Shown: positions 36,365-46,425, numbered from the stretch's first letter. The stretch is 64,000 nucleotides of DNA from Syntrophales bacterium (GCA_040767195.1 JAXGPA010000001.1:192001-256000), one strand, 5' to 3'. The notes: generated by a model from the letters alone, not told the origin. A program made the numbers and translations.

Positions 36365-36949
36365 TCATCGCGAAGATCCGCGAAAGGGGAATTCAGCCAT
36401 CTTCGTGTAAACCGCCCCGCCCGGGGCGAGTTCGCTCCTGAAAAGAAAGAGGGAGGACGCCTCGAAGGTACCGGCCTCGTAACGATCCCCTTTCCGCAAC
36501 GCCTCCTCGACCCCGGAAATCCTGTCGCCCCGGGCCCGGCCCAGGGTGAGATGGGGTTTGAAGGCCCGCCTTTCCCGGGGAAACCCGGCCCCTTCCAGGG
36601 CGTCCTCAACCTCCCGCTTAAGGCGGCCCAGGTCCTCGAGATCCCCTTCCAGCCCGACCCAGAGGACCCGTGCCCGGTCCGGCCGGGGAAAGGCCCCCAG
36701 TCCCCCGGCCCGGAACCTCATGGGAGTGGCGTCGGCGGCTTTCCGGCGAACCGCCCCGTCGATGGACGGGAAATCCCTCTCGTAGATATCGCCAAAAAAC
36801 TTGACCGTCAAGTGAATCCCTTCGGGACGAACCCACCGGACGCCCTTCAGGATCGTTTTGAGTTTCTCCTGAATCCCCCCGATCCGTTCCCGGACCGCGG
36901 GGGACAGATCAATGGCCAGAAAACTCCGGATGGGTTCGGGCGTCTCCAC
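36365..36949 (-). CDS. thpR: RNA 2',3'-cyclic phosphodiesterase (2H family)
   Basis: Two HxT motifs (HLTV, HLTL), RSFLAI; GTG start with GGAGGA SD. Confidence 0.9.
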   Translation of the reverse strand: METPEPIRSFLAIDLSPAVRERIGGIQEKLKTILKGVRWVRPEGIHLTVKFFGDIYERDFPSIDGAVRRKAADATPMRFRAGGLGAFPRPDRARVLWVGLEGDLEDLGRLKREVEDALEGAGFPRERRAFKPHLTLGRARGDRISGVEEALRKGDRYEAGTFEASSLFLFRSELAPGGAVYTKMAEFPFRGSSR

Positions 36950-36950
36950 G

Positions 36951-38204
36951 CTATCCTCCAGCAAGGTATCTTCTGAGCATTTCCAGGGCCCACTGGGCAG
37001 AAATTTCCTTGACCCGCCTGCGGCCCCAGGGGAAGTGAAACTCACGGCACACCGTCCCCTTCTCCCCGGCCAGGGCAGCGAAGACCGTTCCCACGGGCTT
37101 CCGGTCCGTCCCTCCCGAAGGGCCGGCAATCCCCGTGGTGGAAAGCCCCAAGTCTGTCCCCGCCCGGGCCCGGGCCCCTTCGGCCATGAGACGGGCCGTC
37201 TCTTCGCTCACCGCGCCATGCAACCGTAAAACCGCCGGGGGAACGCCCAGGAGGTCTTCCTTGGACGGGTTGCTGTAAACGACGAACCCTCTTTCGAAGT
37301 ACCGGGAACTCCCGGGCACATCGGTCAGCCGGTCGGCCACGAGGCCGCCCGTGCAGGACTCGGCCACGGCAAGCGTTTTTCCCTGTTCTGTCAGGAGGGA
37401 CGCCACGATTCCCTCCAGGGTGTCCTCGTCATAAGCGAAAATATATTTCTCCAGGCGTTCCCGGACCTGGGCCACCGCCCGGGCGAGATTGTCCTCCGCC
37501 ACGAACCGGTCATCGTGCCGGGCCGTCAGGACCAGGTGGTTCTCCGGAAACCGGGGGTAAAAACCCAGGGAAACGCCAAGAGAGGCGAAATCCACCTCGG
37601 AGAGGGTTTCGTCGATCCGGGCCTCGGCAATGCCGAACATCTTGACGATCCGCTTGGGAGGACTCTCCCCCGACCCGGTCAACCTCCGCCGCAGACGGGG
37701 AAGAATCCCTTCGGGAAACAGGCGCCTGACTTCCGAGGGAACACCGGGAAGAACGGCCACGATTTTCCCCTCTTCTTCCAGGACATACCCCCAGGCCGTC
37801 CCCACGGGATTTTCGACGGGTTCGGCCCCCTCGGGAAAAACGGCCTGCTTGGCGTTGTTCTCCGTCCAGGGAATCCCCAGGAAGGTGAACCGCTCCCGGA
37901 TATGACGGAGCGCCCTCTCGTCGATGTAACATCCCCGGCCGAGGGTCCGGGCCAGAAATTCGGTGGTCCGGTCATCTGCGGTGGGACCGAGGCCGCCCGT
38001 CACCACCACCGCCCGGGACCGGGCAAGAAGGAACCGAAAAGCCGCGGCGATGTCATCGCCACCATCCCCTGAAAGGGTCGAAAAGGAAACCTCCCACCCC
38101 TCTTCCTGAATGGCCCGGGCGAGGTAGGCCGTGTTCCTGTCGCCGATCATCCCCCGGGTCAGTTCGTCCCCCACCACAAGAATTCCGATCCTCACAGTCA
38201 CCAC
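36951..38204 (-). CDS. cinA: CinA family protein (molybdopterin-binding domain plus NMN deamidase)
   Basis: GDEL, TGGLGPTADD, LPGVPSE, AESCTGG, TGIAGPSGG. Confidence 0.92.
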   Translation of the reverse strand: MVTVRIGILVVGDELTRGMIGDRNTAYLARAIQEEGWEVSFSTLSGDGGDDIAAAFRFLLARSRAVVVTGGLGPTADDRTTEFLARTLGRGCYIDERALRHIRERFTFLGIPWTENNAKQAVFPEGAEPVENPVGTAWGYVLEEEGKIVAVLPGVPSEVRRLFPEGILPRLRRRLTGSGESPPKRIVKMFGIAEARIDETLSEVDFASLGVSLGFYPRFPENHLVLTARHDDRFVAEDNLARAVAQVRERLEKYIFAYDEDTLEGIVASLLTEQGKTLAVAESCTGGLVADRLTDVPGSSRYFERGFVVYSNPSKEDLLGVPPAVLRLHGAVSEETARLMAEGARARAGTDLGLSTTGIAGPSGGTDRKPVGTVFAALAGEKGTVCREFHFPWGRRRVKEISAQWALEMLRRYLAGG

Positions 38205-38206
38205 CG

Positions 38207-38662
38207 TCAGAAAGCGCTCAGATAGATGAGCAGATTGAGCGACAGGTTTCCGTAAAGACCCGCCACCAGGTCGTCACCGACGATGCCGTACCCCCCCGGA
38301 AGGCGCTCCCAGCGGCGGGCGGGGAAAGGCTTCACCACGTCGAAAAACCGGAAGAGGACGAAACCGGCGGCGACGTGAGCGAGAGAGGGGGTCACGAGAA
38401 ACAGGGCCACCTGGAGCCCGACGATTTCGTCGATCACCACGGCGGACGGGTCTTTTTCCCCGAACATTCGCTCCGCCGCACCGGAGACATGGACGGCGAG
38501 GAACCCGAGGGCCACCACGGAAAGAAGGATAACGGGCCAGGGAAAGGTGGAAAAAAGGAGATACACGGGAATCCCCACGACGGTGCCGGCCGTGCCGGGG
38601 GCAACGGGGGAATAACCGCTTCCCAGTCCCGTGGCGAGTATCCTGATGAACCGGTCCGTCAG
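38207..38662 (-). CDS. pgpA: Phosphatidylglycerophosphatase A (probable CTG start)
   Basis: ATGLGSGYSPVAPGTAGT lies upstream of the track's GTG start; DPSAVVIDE, FRFFDVVKPFP, GDDLVAG. Confidence 0.88.
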   Translation of the reverse strand: MTDRFIRILATGLGSGYSPVAPGTAGTVVGIPVYLLFSTFPWPVILLSVVALGFLAVHVSGAAERMFGEKDPSAVVIDEIVGLQVALFLVTPSLAHVAAGFVLFRFFDVVKPFPARRWERLPGGYGIVGDDLVAGLYGNLSLNLLIYLSAF

Positions 38663-38865
38663 AAATCACCTCGAAACCGTCAATTGCGTCCCCGACCCGG
38701 GAAAGGAGGCCGTCACCATCCACCGCCGGGCCGAGGAACGGATCGACGTTCCCCCGAAGGTCGAAGAACGATCCCCGAAACAAGAGGGACACACAGGGGT
38801 TTCATAGTACAATTCCCGAAAATTGTAAAGGCGCTCGAAAGCCGGCGGCGGATTCAAAGTTTTTC

Positions 38866-38895
38866 TTGACAATAGAACGATCGTTCTATTACGCT
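38866..38895 (+). promoter_or_regulatory. Promoter of lexA-dinB with a perfect palindromic operator
   Basis: TTGACA (38866-71)-18-TACGCT (38890-95); spacer occupied by AATAGAACGATCGTTCTATT (38871-38890). Confidence 0.75.
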
Positions 38896-39065
38896 GGAAG
38901 AGCAGGCGGCCGTGAAAGCCTCAAAGGCCCGGCGCCTTCCTCCCGGGAAAGGGGGCGTCCCCGGCGGCATACCACCGTTGCGGGAGGAAAGAGGCAACGC
39001 ACTCTGTGAACTTTTTTGCGAACCCTTGGAAAGAGAAGGGTCGACAGACATGACAGGAGTGAACC

Positions 39066-39653
39066 ATGAAAACCCAGCGGACGACGGAAACGGTGGAACG
39101 GGACCTGGGAAAGTTCTTCCGGGAAAAGGGAAGGATGCCCACCTACTCGGAAATGATGAAACTTTTCGGGGTCCGTTCGAAGAGCGCCGTTCACTTCTGG
39201 ATTCGAAAGCTTCTTGACAGCGGTCGCCTGAAAAAGGATGACCGGGGGTTCCTCCGCCCCGTGAACCGTTCCTTTTTCTTCCCCCTGGTCGGCGAGGTGC
39301 CCGCGGGATTTCCCTCCCCGGCGGAAGAGGAACTTCGGGACATCCTTTCCTTCGACGAGTATCTTGTCGACCGCCCGGAGGCCTCCTTTGTCCTTCGCGT
39401 CCGGGGGGATTCCATGACCGGCGAGGGGATCAAGGCGGGAGACCTGGTCATCGTGGAAAGGGGGCGGGAACCCCGGAACGGCGATGTCATCGTGGCGGAG
39501 GTGGACGGGGAATGGACCATGAAATATTTCCGGAAAAAAGGGACCGACGTGACCCTGGAGGCGGCGAACCCCGCCTATCCCCCCGTGAGGCCCCGGGAGG
39601 AACTCCGGATCGCCGGGGTGGTCACGGCGGTAATCCGGAAGTACCACCGGTGA
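39066..39653 (+). CDS. lexA: LexA-family repressor (wHTH plus S24 peptidase, UmuD-like C-terminus)
   Basis: MPTYSEMMKLFGVRSKSAV HTH, cleavage site VPAGFP, catalytic GDSM and TMKY. Confidence 0.85.
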   Translation: MKTQRTTETVERDLGKFFREKGRMPTYSEMMKLFGVRSKSAVHFWIRKLLDSGRLKKDDRGFLRPVNRSFFFPLVGEVPAGFPSPAEEELRDILSFDEYLVDRPEASFVLRVRGDSMTGEGIKAGDLVIVERGREPRNGDVIVAEVDGEWTMKYFRKKGTDVTLEAANPAYPPVRPREELRIAGVVTAVIRKYHR

Positions 39654-39663
39654 GGATCCCGCC

Positions 39664-40971
39664 ATGACGGATCTCATCTTCAGCCTTCGTTCCTGGCCCC
39701 GGGCCATTCTTCACCTGGACGGCGACGCCTTCTTCACCTCCTGCGAGGAGGCCATCCACCCCGAACTCCGGGGAAGGCCCCTCATCACCGGGGGAGAGCG
39801 GGGAATCGTGGCCTGCGCCAGTTACGCCGCCAAGAAGCTCGGTGTGAAGCGGGGGGTTCCCCTCCACGAGGCGAAAAAGATCTGTCCCGGCCTGATCGTT
39901 CTCCCGTCGGACTACGAAACCTACAGCCTCTTCTCCCGGCGGATGTTCCAGATCATGAGGCGGTACACCCCCCAGGTGGAAGAGTATTCCATCGATGAGG
40001 CCTTCGCCGATCTCACGGGCCTCCGGAGAGCCTCCCGGGCCTCCTATGAAAAAATCGCCGCCGCCATGAGGGAGACGATCCGCAAAGAGCTGGGAATCAC
40101 CGTCACCGCCGGTCTCAGCGTCACCAAGGTGCTCGCCAAGATCGCCTCGAAACACCGGAAGCCCGACGGCTTCACCGCTATCCCCGGCCGGGACATCCCC
40201 CGGTATCTCGCCGGCCTTCCCCTGGAGGCCGTGTGGGGCATCGGCCCCGCCACGGCGAATCACCTCTTAAAGCTCGGGGCCCGGACGGCCCTGGATTTCG
40301 CCCGGTTTTCCGAGTACCGGGTCAGGAAGAACTTCACCAAGCCGGGCGTCGAAATCTGGCGGGAACTCCGGGGGGAATCAGTCTATCCCGTCGTTTCGGA
40401 AGCCAAAAGCACCTATGCCTCCATCAGCAAGACGAAAACCTTCGCCCCCTCCTCGGGAGACGGGGAATACCTTTTCGCCCAGCTCCTCCGGAATGTCGAG
40501 TCGGCATGCATCAAGGCCCGGCGGTACAACCTGGCCCCCCGAAGGATCGCCCTCTTCCTGAAAACAGACACTTTCGCCGTGGCGGGCCTCGAGGCCCGTC
40601 TCATCCGGCCTTCCTCCCGTCCCCTGGAGCTGGCCGGGATATCCCGGGAAATCTTCGGCGCCCTTTACCGGCCGGGGCAACGGTACCGCGCCACGGGGGT
40701 GATCCTCCTGGAACTCATGGAAAACCGGAACGTCCAGCTCTCCCTCTTTGAAGACCCCCTGCGGATCGAAAAGGTGGAACGGCTCTACGAAGCGGCGGAC
40801 CGGCTCTCGGAAAAATACGGGAAACACGCCCTTCACCTGGGGGGGTCCCACCTGATCGACCGGCGGGGAAAGGGGAAACGGGGGGAGCCGACGGTCCGCG
40901 AATCCACCCGTCTTTTCGGGGAAACGGAAAGAAAACACCTGGGACTTCCCATTCTCCACGTGGATGTGTAA
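39664..40971 (+). CDS. dinB: Y-family DNA polymerase (DinB/UmuC)
   Basis: HLDGDAFF, CASYAAK, YSIDEAF, WGIG, clamp-binding QLSLF. Confidence 0.9.
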   Translation: MTDLIFSLRSWPRAILHLDGDAFFTSCEEAIHPELRGRPLITGGERGIVACASYAAKKLGVKRGVPLHEAKKICPGLIVLPSDYETYSLFSRRMFQIMRRYTPQVEEYSIDEAFADLTGLRRASRASYEKIAAAMRETIRKELGITVTAGLSVTKVLAKIASKHRKPDGFTAIPGRDIPRYLAGLPLEAVWGIGPATANHLLKLGARTALDFARFSEYRVRKNFTKPGVEIWRELRGESVYPVVSEAKSTYASISKTKTFAPSSGDGEYLFAQLLRNVESACIKARRYNLAPRRIALFLKTDTFAVAGLEARLIRPSSRPLELAGISREIFGALYRPGQRYRATGVILLELMENRNVQLSLFEDPLRIEKVERLYEAADRLSEKYGKHALHLGGSHLIDRRGKGKRGEPTVRESTRLFGETERKHLGLPILHVDV

Positions 40972-41078
40972 GGATACCGTCACGATTTCAGAGGCTCCGC
41001 TGCAGACGGGGTCTCTAAAATACCTGTCCTTTCCCCGTGATTTCTGGTACAAAAAGTTTTTTTATTCCCCGGCAGGAG

Positions 41079-41243
41079 TGATGAACTCGTAAAAACTCGA
41101 AAACTGTTCAGTTACCGACGGCTTTGTAGAAAGATCCAGAGGCAAGGCGCCCGAATCCCGAGGAATGAGACGTACGTATTGGTACGTCGCAATGACGAGG
41201 GATGAAGGGCAACACAGCCTATGGACTTTTTACGAAGTCGTCA
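41079..41243. mobile_element. MITE-like non-coding repeat, copy B
   Basis: Reverse complement of 30974-31137 (7 substitutions, 1 indel); direct repeat CAGGAGTGAT at both junctions. Confidence 0.75.
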
Positions 41244-41262
41244 GGAGTGATCGTCCCAGCCC

Positions 41263-41931
41263 ATGACGGAACCTGACGTCTTTCCATTCATTCCCGTGCG
41301 TGTCCCTCCCGTCCAGGTCTGGAAACGCCTGGGATACCGGAAGGAAACGACTTTTCCCGGGGGGGAGCAGGCCGTCAGCCTCCGGGAAACCCTCACGGAG
41401 GCCTTCTCTCTCATGGAAATTCAGGGGGCCGGCCTTCCCGCCTCCTTCCATTCGCCCCGTCCCGGGGATATCCGTCTTGCCGGAAAAGCGGTTTTCCGAA
41501 GCGGCGATCTCGCCCGTTTCCTCCGGGGATGCGATGATCTTCTCCTCATGGGCGCCACGGCGGGACAGGCGATCATGACGGCTATCGAGGAGGCTTCCAG
41601 GGCCGGCCGGATGACCCGGGCCGCCGTCCTGGACGCCGCGGCGAGCGAGGCCGTCGACGGGGCCCTGGACTGGATCACGGGATATTACCGCCGAAAGCTC
41701 CTTCGGAAACTGAAGACCGTCACGGGACGCCGTTTCTCCGCCGGCTACGGCGATTTTTCCCTGGAGAACCAGAAGATCATTTACGAACTCCTCAGGCTCG
41801 GGGATCTTTCCGTTACATTGACGGACACCTTCATGCTCATCCCTGAGAAGTCCGTCACCGCCGTGGCGGGCATCATGAATATCGACAACCGGGAGGCCCT
41901 TACCGATGAAGCGGAAAAAAACCCTTCTTGA
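41263..41931 (+). CDS. Stand-alone methionine synthase activation (reactivation) domain protein
   Basis: MGATAG, LDAAASEAVD, RFSAGYGDF, MLIPEKSVTA. Confidence 0.8.
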   Translation: MTEPDVFPFIPVRVPPVQVWKRLGYRKETTFPGGEQAVSLRETLTEAFSLMEIQGAGLPASFHSPRPGDIRLAGKAVFRSGDLARFLRGCDDLLLMGATAGQAIMTAIEEASRAGRMTRAAVLDAAASEAVDGALDWITGYYRRKLLRKLKTVTGRRFSAGYGDFSLENQKIIYELLRLGDLSVTLTDTFMLIPEKSVTAVAGIMNIDNREALTDEAEKNPS

Positions 41932-44317
41932 ACGGTGGAAGAAACGAATCGTCGTCCTAGACGGGGCCATGGGAACGGAGCTCCAGAAAAGGGGGCTTCC
42001 CGCCGGCGCATGCCCGGAGGTCTGGTGTCTCGAACACCCCGAAGTCATCGGGGAGGTACACCGGAATTACCGTGATGCCGGTTCCGACGTGGTCTACACA
42101 GGAACGTTCGGGGCCAACCGGCTGAAACTCGCCGAGTACGGCGTCACGAACGTATTTGACATCAACAGGAAGCTTGCCCTCACTGCGCGGACGGCCGTCG
42201 GTCCCGACGGCCTTGTGGCCGGGGACATCGGTCCCACGGGCCGGTTTGTCGAACCCTTCGGCGATCTCCCTTTCGAGGACGCCGTTTCCCTCTTCAAGGA
42301 GCAGATCGGCGGCCTCGTGGCGGGAAAGGTGGATCTTCTCGTCATCGAGACGATCCTGGACATCCAGGAGGCCCGGGCGGCTCTCATCGCCGCCCGGGAG
42401 CTGACGGACGGTTTTGTCATGGTGACCATGACCTTCGAGGAGGACGGGAAAACCCTGAACGGAACGGACCCGGTCACGGCCCTGGTCACTCTCCAGGGCC
42501 TGGGAGCCGACGCCGTGGGCTGCAACTGTTCCGCCGGCCCCGTTGAAATGATCCACTGGATCGCCGCCATGAAGCCTTACGCCACCGTTCCCCTGGTGGC
42601 CAAACCGAACGCCGGAATGCCCGAACTGAGGGACGGACGGACGGTCTTTCCCATGGGTCCCAGTGAATTCGCCCGTCATGGAAAAGAATTCGCTTCCCTG
42701 GGCATCGGGTTCATCGGCGGCTGCTGCGGCTCCGCGCCGGAACACATCCGGGCCCTGGCCGGGGAAATCAATCCCCTGGAGCGGGTCGAACCGGCCCGCC
42801 TGTCGCTCGGCGCCGTCACATCCGCCCGGAAGACGGTGATTTTCGAGGAAACGGAGGGCCTTGTCGTCATCGGAGAGCGCCTGAACCCCACGGGCAAAAA
42901 GACCCTCCAGGAGGAACTCCGGGCGGGAAAATGGGGTTTTGTCCGGTCCGCGGCCCTGGAACAGGAAGAGAAAGGAGCCCGCCTTCTCGATGTGAACGCC
43001 GCCGTGCCGGGGGAGGACGAGGTAGAACTTCTCAGCGGCCTGGTGTCCTTTCTTTCCCGGACAAGCGACCTCCCCCTGGTCATCGATTCGGCCCACCCCG
43101 GGGCCGTCGAAAAGGCTCTTCGCCTGTATCCCGGCCGGGCCCTTCTCAATTCCATCTCGGGAGAAAAGGCGAAGATAGGGGAGATCCTTCCCGTGGCGGC
43201 CCGTTACGGGACCCCCTTCATTCTCCTTCCCGTTGACGACAAGGGGGTGCCGGAAACCTGGCAAGAAAGGCGCGAGGTGATCCGGCGGGTCTGGAAGACC
43301 GCCCGAAGCCGGGGGTTCAGCCGGGATGACCTGATCGTTGACGGCCTCGTTATGACCGTTTCTTCCAACCCCGGGGCTCCCCGGGAAACCCTTGAAACGA
43401 TCCGCTGGTCCACGGACACCTTCCGGTGCCGGACCCTGGTCGGGCTTTCCAACGTGTCTTTCGGCCTGCCCGAAAGAAAATGGCTCAACGGCGCCTTCCT
43501 GGCCATGGCGGCTTCCCGGGGAGCCCGGTTCGTCATCGCCAACCCGGCAGAGCAGGAGGTAATGGCCCTGATCGCCGCCGCCGACATGCTCCTGGGAGAG
43601 GACCGCCAGGCCCGGCGCTACGTTTCCCGTTTCGCCGGGACGAAGAGCGCCGAAAAAGCGCCCCGGGACAGGGAGGAGAAAGCGCCCGGAGAGGCGGTCT
43701 TCGATGTCGTCGTCGAGGGCCGGGTGGAGGACATGGAGGAGAGCCTTCTTCGAGCCCTGGGGAAAGGGCTTCCTCCGGGGCGGATCGTCCAGGCGTTCAT
43801 GATCCCCGCCATCACCCGGGTAGGAGAGCTTTACGAGGAGCGGCGATACTTCCTCCCCCAGCTTCTGTCGAGCGCCGAGGCCATGAAGAAGGGGCTTCGC
43901 TTTTTGGAGCCGGAGCTGAGGGCCCGCGGCGAAAGGAGGAAATCCCGGGGAAGAATCGTCCTCGCCACCGTCCAGGGGGACATCCACGACATCGGCAAGA
44001 ACATCGTGTCTCTGCTTCTGGAGAACCAGGGATTTGAGATCATCGATCTCGGGAAGGACGTCTCCGCCGAGAGAATCGTCGCCGAAATCAGGCGGACCCG
44101 GCCCTTTCTTACGGGGCTTTCCGCCCTCATGACGACAACGATGACCCGGATGGATGAGGTCATTCGAAAGGCGAGAGCGGAAGGGATCGACTGTCCCTTC
44201 CTCGTCGGCGGGGCCGTTTTGACCCCCTCCTATGCCCGTTCCATCGGGGCCCGTTACGCCCGGGATGGCGTCGAGGCCGTCCGGGCGGCCGAGGAAATCC
44301 TCGGCGAGAGGTCATAA
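41906..44317 (+). CDS. metH: B12-dependent methionine synthase (Hcy-binding, pterin-binding and cobalamin domains; activation domain separate)
   Basis: DGAMGT, GCNC, GGCCG, IGERLNPTGK, GLSNVSFGLP, DIHDIGKN, SALMTTT. Confidence 0.9.
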   Translation: MKRKKTLLERWKKRIVVLDGAMGTELQKRGLPAGACPEVWCLEHPEVIGEVHRNYRDAGSDVVYTGTFGANRLKLAEYGVTNVFDINRKLALTARTAVGPDGLVAGDIGPTGRFVEPFGDLPFEDAVSLFKEQIGGLVAGKVDLLVIETILDIQEARAALIAARELTDGFVMVTMTFEEDGKTLNGTDPVTALVTLQGLGADAVGCNCSAGPVEMIHWIAAMKPYATVPLVAKPNAGMPELRDGRTVFPMGPSEFARHGKEFASLGIGFIGGCCGSAPEHIRALAGEINPLERVEPARLSLGAVTSARKTVIFEETEGLVVIGERLNPTGKKTLQEELRAGKWGFVRSAALEQEEKGARLLDVNAAVPGEDEVELLSGLVSFLSRTSDLPLVIDSAHPGAVEKALRLYPGRALLNSISGEKAKIGEILPVAARYGTPFILLPVDDKGVPETWQERREVIRRVWKTARSRGFSRDDLIVDGLVMTVSSNPGAPRETLETIRWSTDTFRCRTLVGLSNVSFGLPERKWLNGAFLAMAASRGARFVIANPAEQEVMALIAAADMLLGEDRQARRYVSRFAGTKSAEKAPRDREEKAPGEAVFDVVVEGRVEDMEESLLRALGKGLPPGRIVQAFMIPAITRVGELYEERRYFLPQLLSSAEAMKKGLRFLEPELRARGERRKSRGRIVLATVQGDIHDIGKNIVSLLLENQGFEIIDLGKDVSAERIVAEIRRTRPFLTGLSALMTTTMTRMDEVIRKARAEGIDCPFLVGGAVLTPSYARSIGARYARDGVEAVRAAEEILGERS

Positions 44318-44325
44318 AAACAGGG

Positions 44326-45636
44326 TTACGGGGTCTTCGTCGATTCGATGTATTCGACGATCTTCGCCGCGATGGTCTGCACCGTTTCCTCGAACTTCCC
44401 TTCATCCTTTTCCAGGAGAGTGATCCGGAAACCGGGCATGTGGGTGAAAAACGACGTGAGCGGAACGACACAGATTCCCGTGGCGCCCAGGAGATAGTAG
44501 ACGAAACGCTTGTCGTTCTCGATCTTGCAGTCCACGATTTTTTCCACGTTTTCGCGGATGGCGGGATTTTCGATGTGGAGCTTCTGCCGCTCGTTGATGG
44601 CCGCCTCGTTGAAGACAACGGTCATGTAAAAGGCCCCGTTCGTCCGATTCACGACGATATAAGGCACATCCCGGAAAATGCTGTAGGCTATATTGGACAG
44701 TTTCTCGTAGTGAACGATTCTCTTGTCCAGATATTTCCTGTACTCCGGATGGCTCATGAGCCGCGGGATGGCCAGCTGGGGAAGGGTGGTCGAGCAGACC
44801 TCGGCCATTTTCTGGGTCAGGATGGCATTGACATACCGCTCGAAGGCAGGGTCCTTGTCGGCGTTGTAGACCTCGATCCAGCCGCATCGGGCCCCGGGCC
44901 AGGGAAACTCCTTTGAAATCCCCCTCATGCTGAAACCGGGGACATCGCCGATAATGTTGCTCAGGGGAATGGATTTCTTCCCGTTGTAAACGATGTTGCT
45001 GTAAATCTCGTCAAAAACGACGAAAAGATCGTTCTCCCGGGCGATCCGGATGATATTGTTCAGGGTTTCTTCGGGGTAGACGAAGCCCGTGGGGTTGTCC
45101 GGGTTGATGACCAGGATGCCGACGATGGTCCGGTGGCTCTTCACCTTCCGCTCCAGTTCCGCCAGGTCGGGATGCCAGTTCCGGTAAGGGTTCATCCGGT
45201 AGGTGTTCGCCGGGAAGGAGGCGTGGTGGACTTCCGCGAGGAAGTGGGTCGAATAGGTCGGCTCGGGCATGATGATCCGGGCGTCCACCCGGATGGCGCT
45301 GTAGGCCCGCGCGATGGCGTCCCCGAGCCCGTTGAAGAAGATGATGTCGTCTTTCGTGATCCTGGCCTTGCCCCGCCTGTTCACTTCCTCGGCAAGAAAC
45401 TCCCGGGTGGCGTCCACGCCCTTGGTGGGGGAATAGGCATAGGAACTGTCTTCCCGGATAATTTCAATGAGGGTTTCTTTCATCCAGTCCGGAATTTTTT
45501 CACCCTTGTGAACGGGGTCCCCGATATTCTTCCAGACGACGTTGACACCGCACTTCTCCAGCCGGTTGGCCACGCCGACGATATTCCGGATTTCATAAGT
45601 CAGACTGTTGCCGCTTTTCGCGATGTCGAATCTCAT
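44326..45636 (-). CDS. PLP-dependent aminotransferase class I/II (AlaA-like)
   Basis: LTYEIR, NIGDP, INPDNPTG, DEIY, ISKEFPWPGARCGW. Confidence 0.85.
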   Translation of the reverse strand: MRFDIAKSGNSLTYEIRNIVGVANRLEKCGVNVVWKNIGDPVHKGEKIPDWMKETLIEIIREDSSYAYSPTKGVDATREFLAEEVNRRGKARITKDDIIFFNGLGDAIARAYSAIRVDARIIMPEPTYSTHFLAEVHHASFPANTYRMNPYRNWHPDLAELERKVKSHRTIVGILVINPDNPTGFVYPEETLNNIIRIARENDLFVVFDEIYSNIVYNGKKSIPLSNIIGDVPGFSMRGISKEFPWPGARCGWIEVYNADKDPAFERYVNAILTQKMAEVCSTTLPQLAIPRLMSHPEYRKYLDKRIVHYEKLSNIAYSIFRDVPYIVVNRTNGAFYMTVVFNEAAINERQKLHIENPAIRENVEKIVDCKIENDKRFVYYLLGATGICVVPLTSFFTHMPGFRITLLEKDEGKFEETVQTIAAKIVEYIESTKTP

Positions 45637-45864
45637 GAATATACAACCATCCTGTTTAAAATTATTAAATTAATTTTCCTAGTATAAAAAAAGAAAAATT
45701 TCTACTATTATTTTTTCAGCGTTTTCGTCCCGTGCCCATTTTATTTTTCCTCCCGATCCAGGCCGGGACGGCGGCATCGACGGGAGATCCAGCCTTGACA
45801 GGGCCCGGCCCTTTATCTATATATTAGCGACAATTTACTTTTTTCAAGGAGCTTTAGATTTTTT

Positions 45865-46425
45865 ATGAAGAGTCAGGAAAAAGACGAACCGGGAAGTCGC
45901 AGGAAAAAACCGGAAATCAGCATACGGGAAATGGACATCGATGACATCGCCCACGTTTTTCACCTCGGGGAAAAGCTTTTCAAGGCCCAGGAGGTTCCCA
46001 ACCTGTACCGGACCTGGGACGAGTTTGAAGTCATCCAGCTCTACCAGAGCGATTCCGACCTCTGTTTCATCGCCGAGGAGGAGGACACGGAAAAAATAAT
46101 CGGGTTCGTTCTCGGCACGACGGTCACAAAAAGCCACTCCGCGTGGAAATACGGCCTCATGGTCTGGATGGGCGTCGATCCCGCCTACCGGCGGTACGCC
46201 GTCGCCACGAGGCTTTTCAACGAGCTCACCGAGGCCATGCTCGAGGAAGGGGTGCGGATGCTCCTCGTGGACACGGAAGCGGACAACCTGGAAGCTCTCC
46301 ATTTCTTCCGGAAAATGGGGTTCGGGAACCCCCAGGAACACCTGTACCTCACCCTCAACCTGGCGGCCAAGCTGAAACAGTGGAAAGAAAAAGCGAACGG
46401 GAAACCGAAACCCAATGACCGTTGA
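45865..46425 (+). CDS. GNAT family N-acetyltransferase
   Basis: IREMDIDD, WMGVDPAYRRYAVA, N..ALHFFRKMGF. Confidence 0.85.
   Translation: MKSQEKDEPGSRRKKPEISIREMDIDDIAHVFHLGEKLFKAQEVPNLYRTWDEFEVIQLYQSDSDLCFIAEEEDTEKIIGFVLGTTVTKSHSAWKYGLMVWMGVDPAYRRYAVATRLFNELTEAMLEEGVRMLLVDTEADNLEALHFFRKMGFGNPQEHLYLTLNLAAKLKQWKEKANGKPKPNDR

Noticed and set aside
41263..44317. Split methionine synthase as a novelty
   Set aside because: Separate activation-domain genes are already known (Thermotoga/Firmicutes-type MetH).
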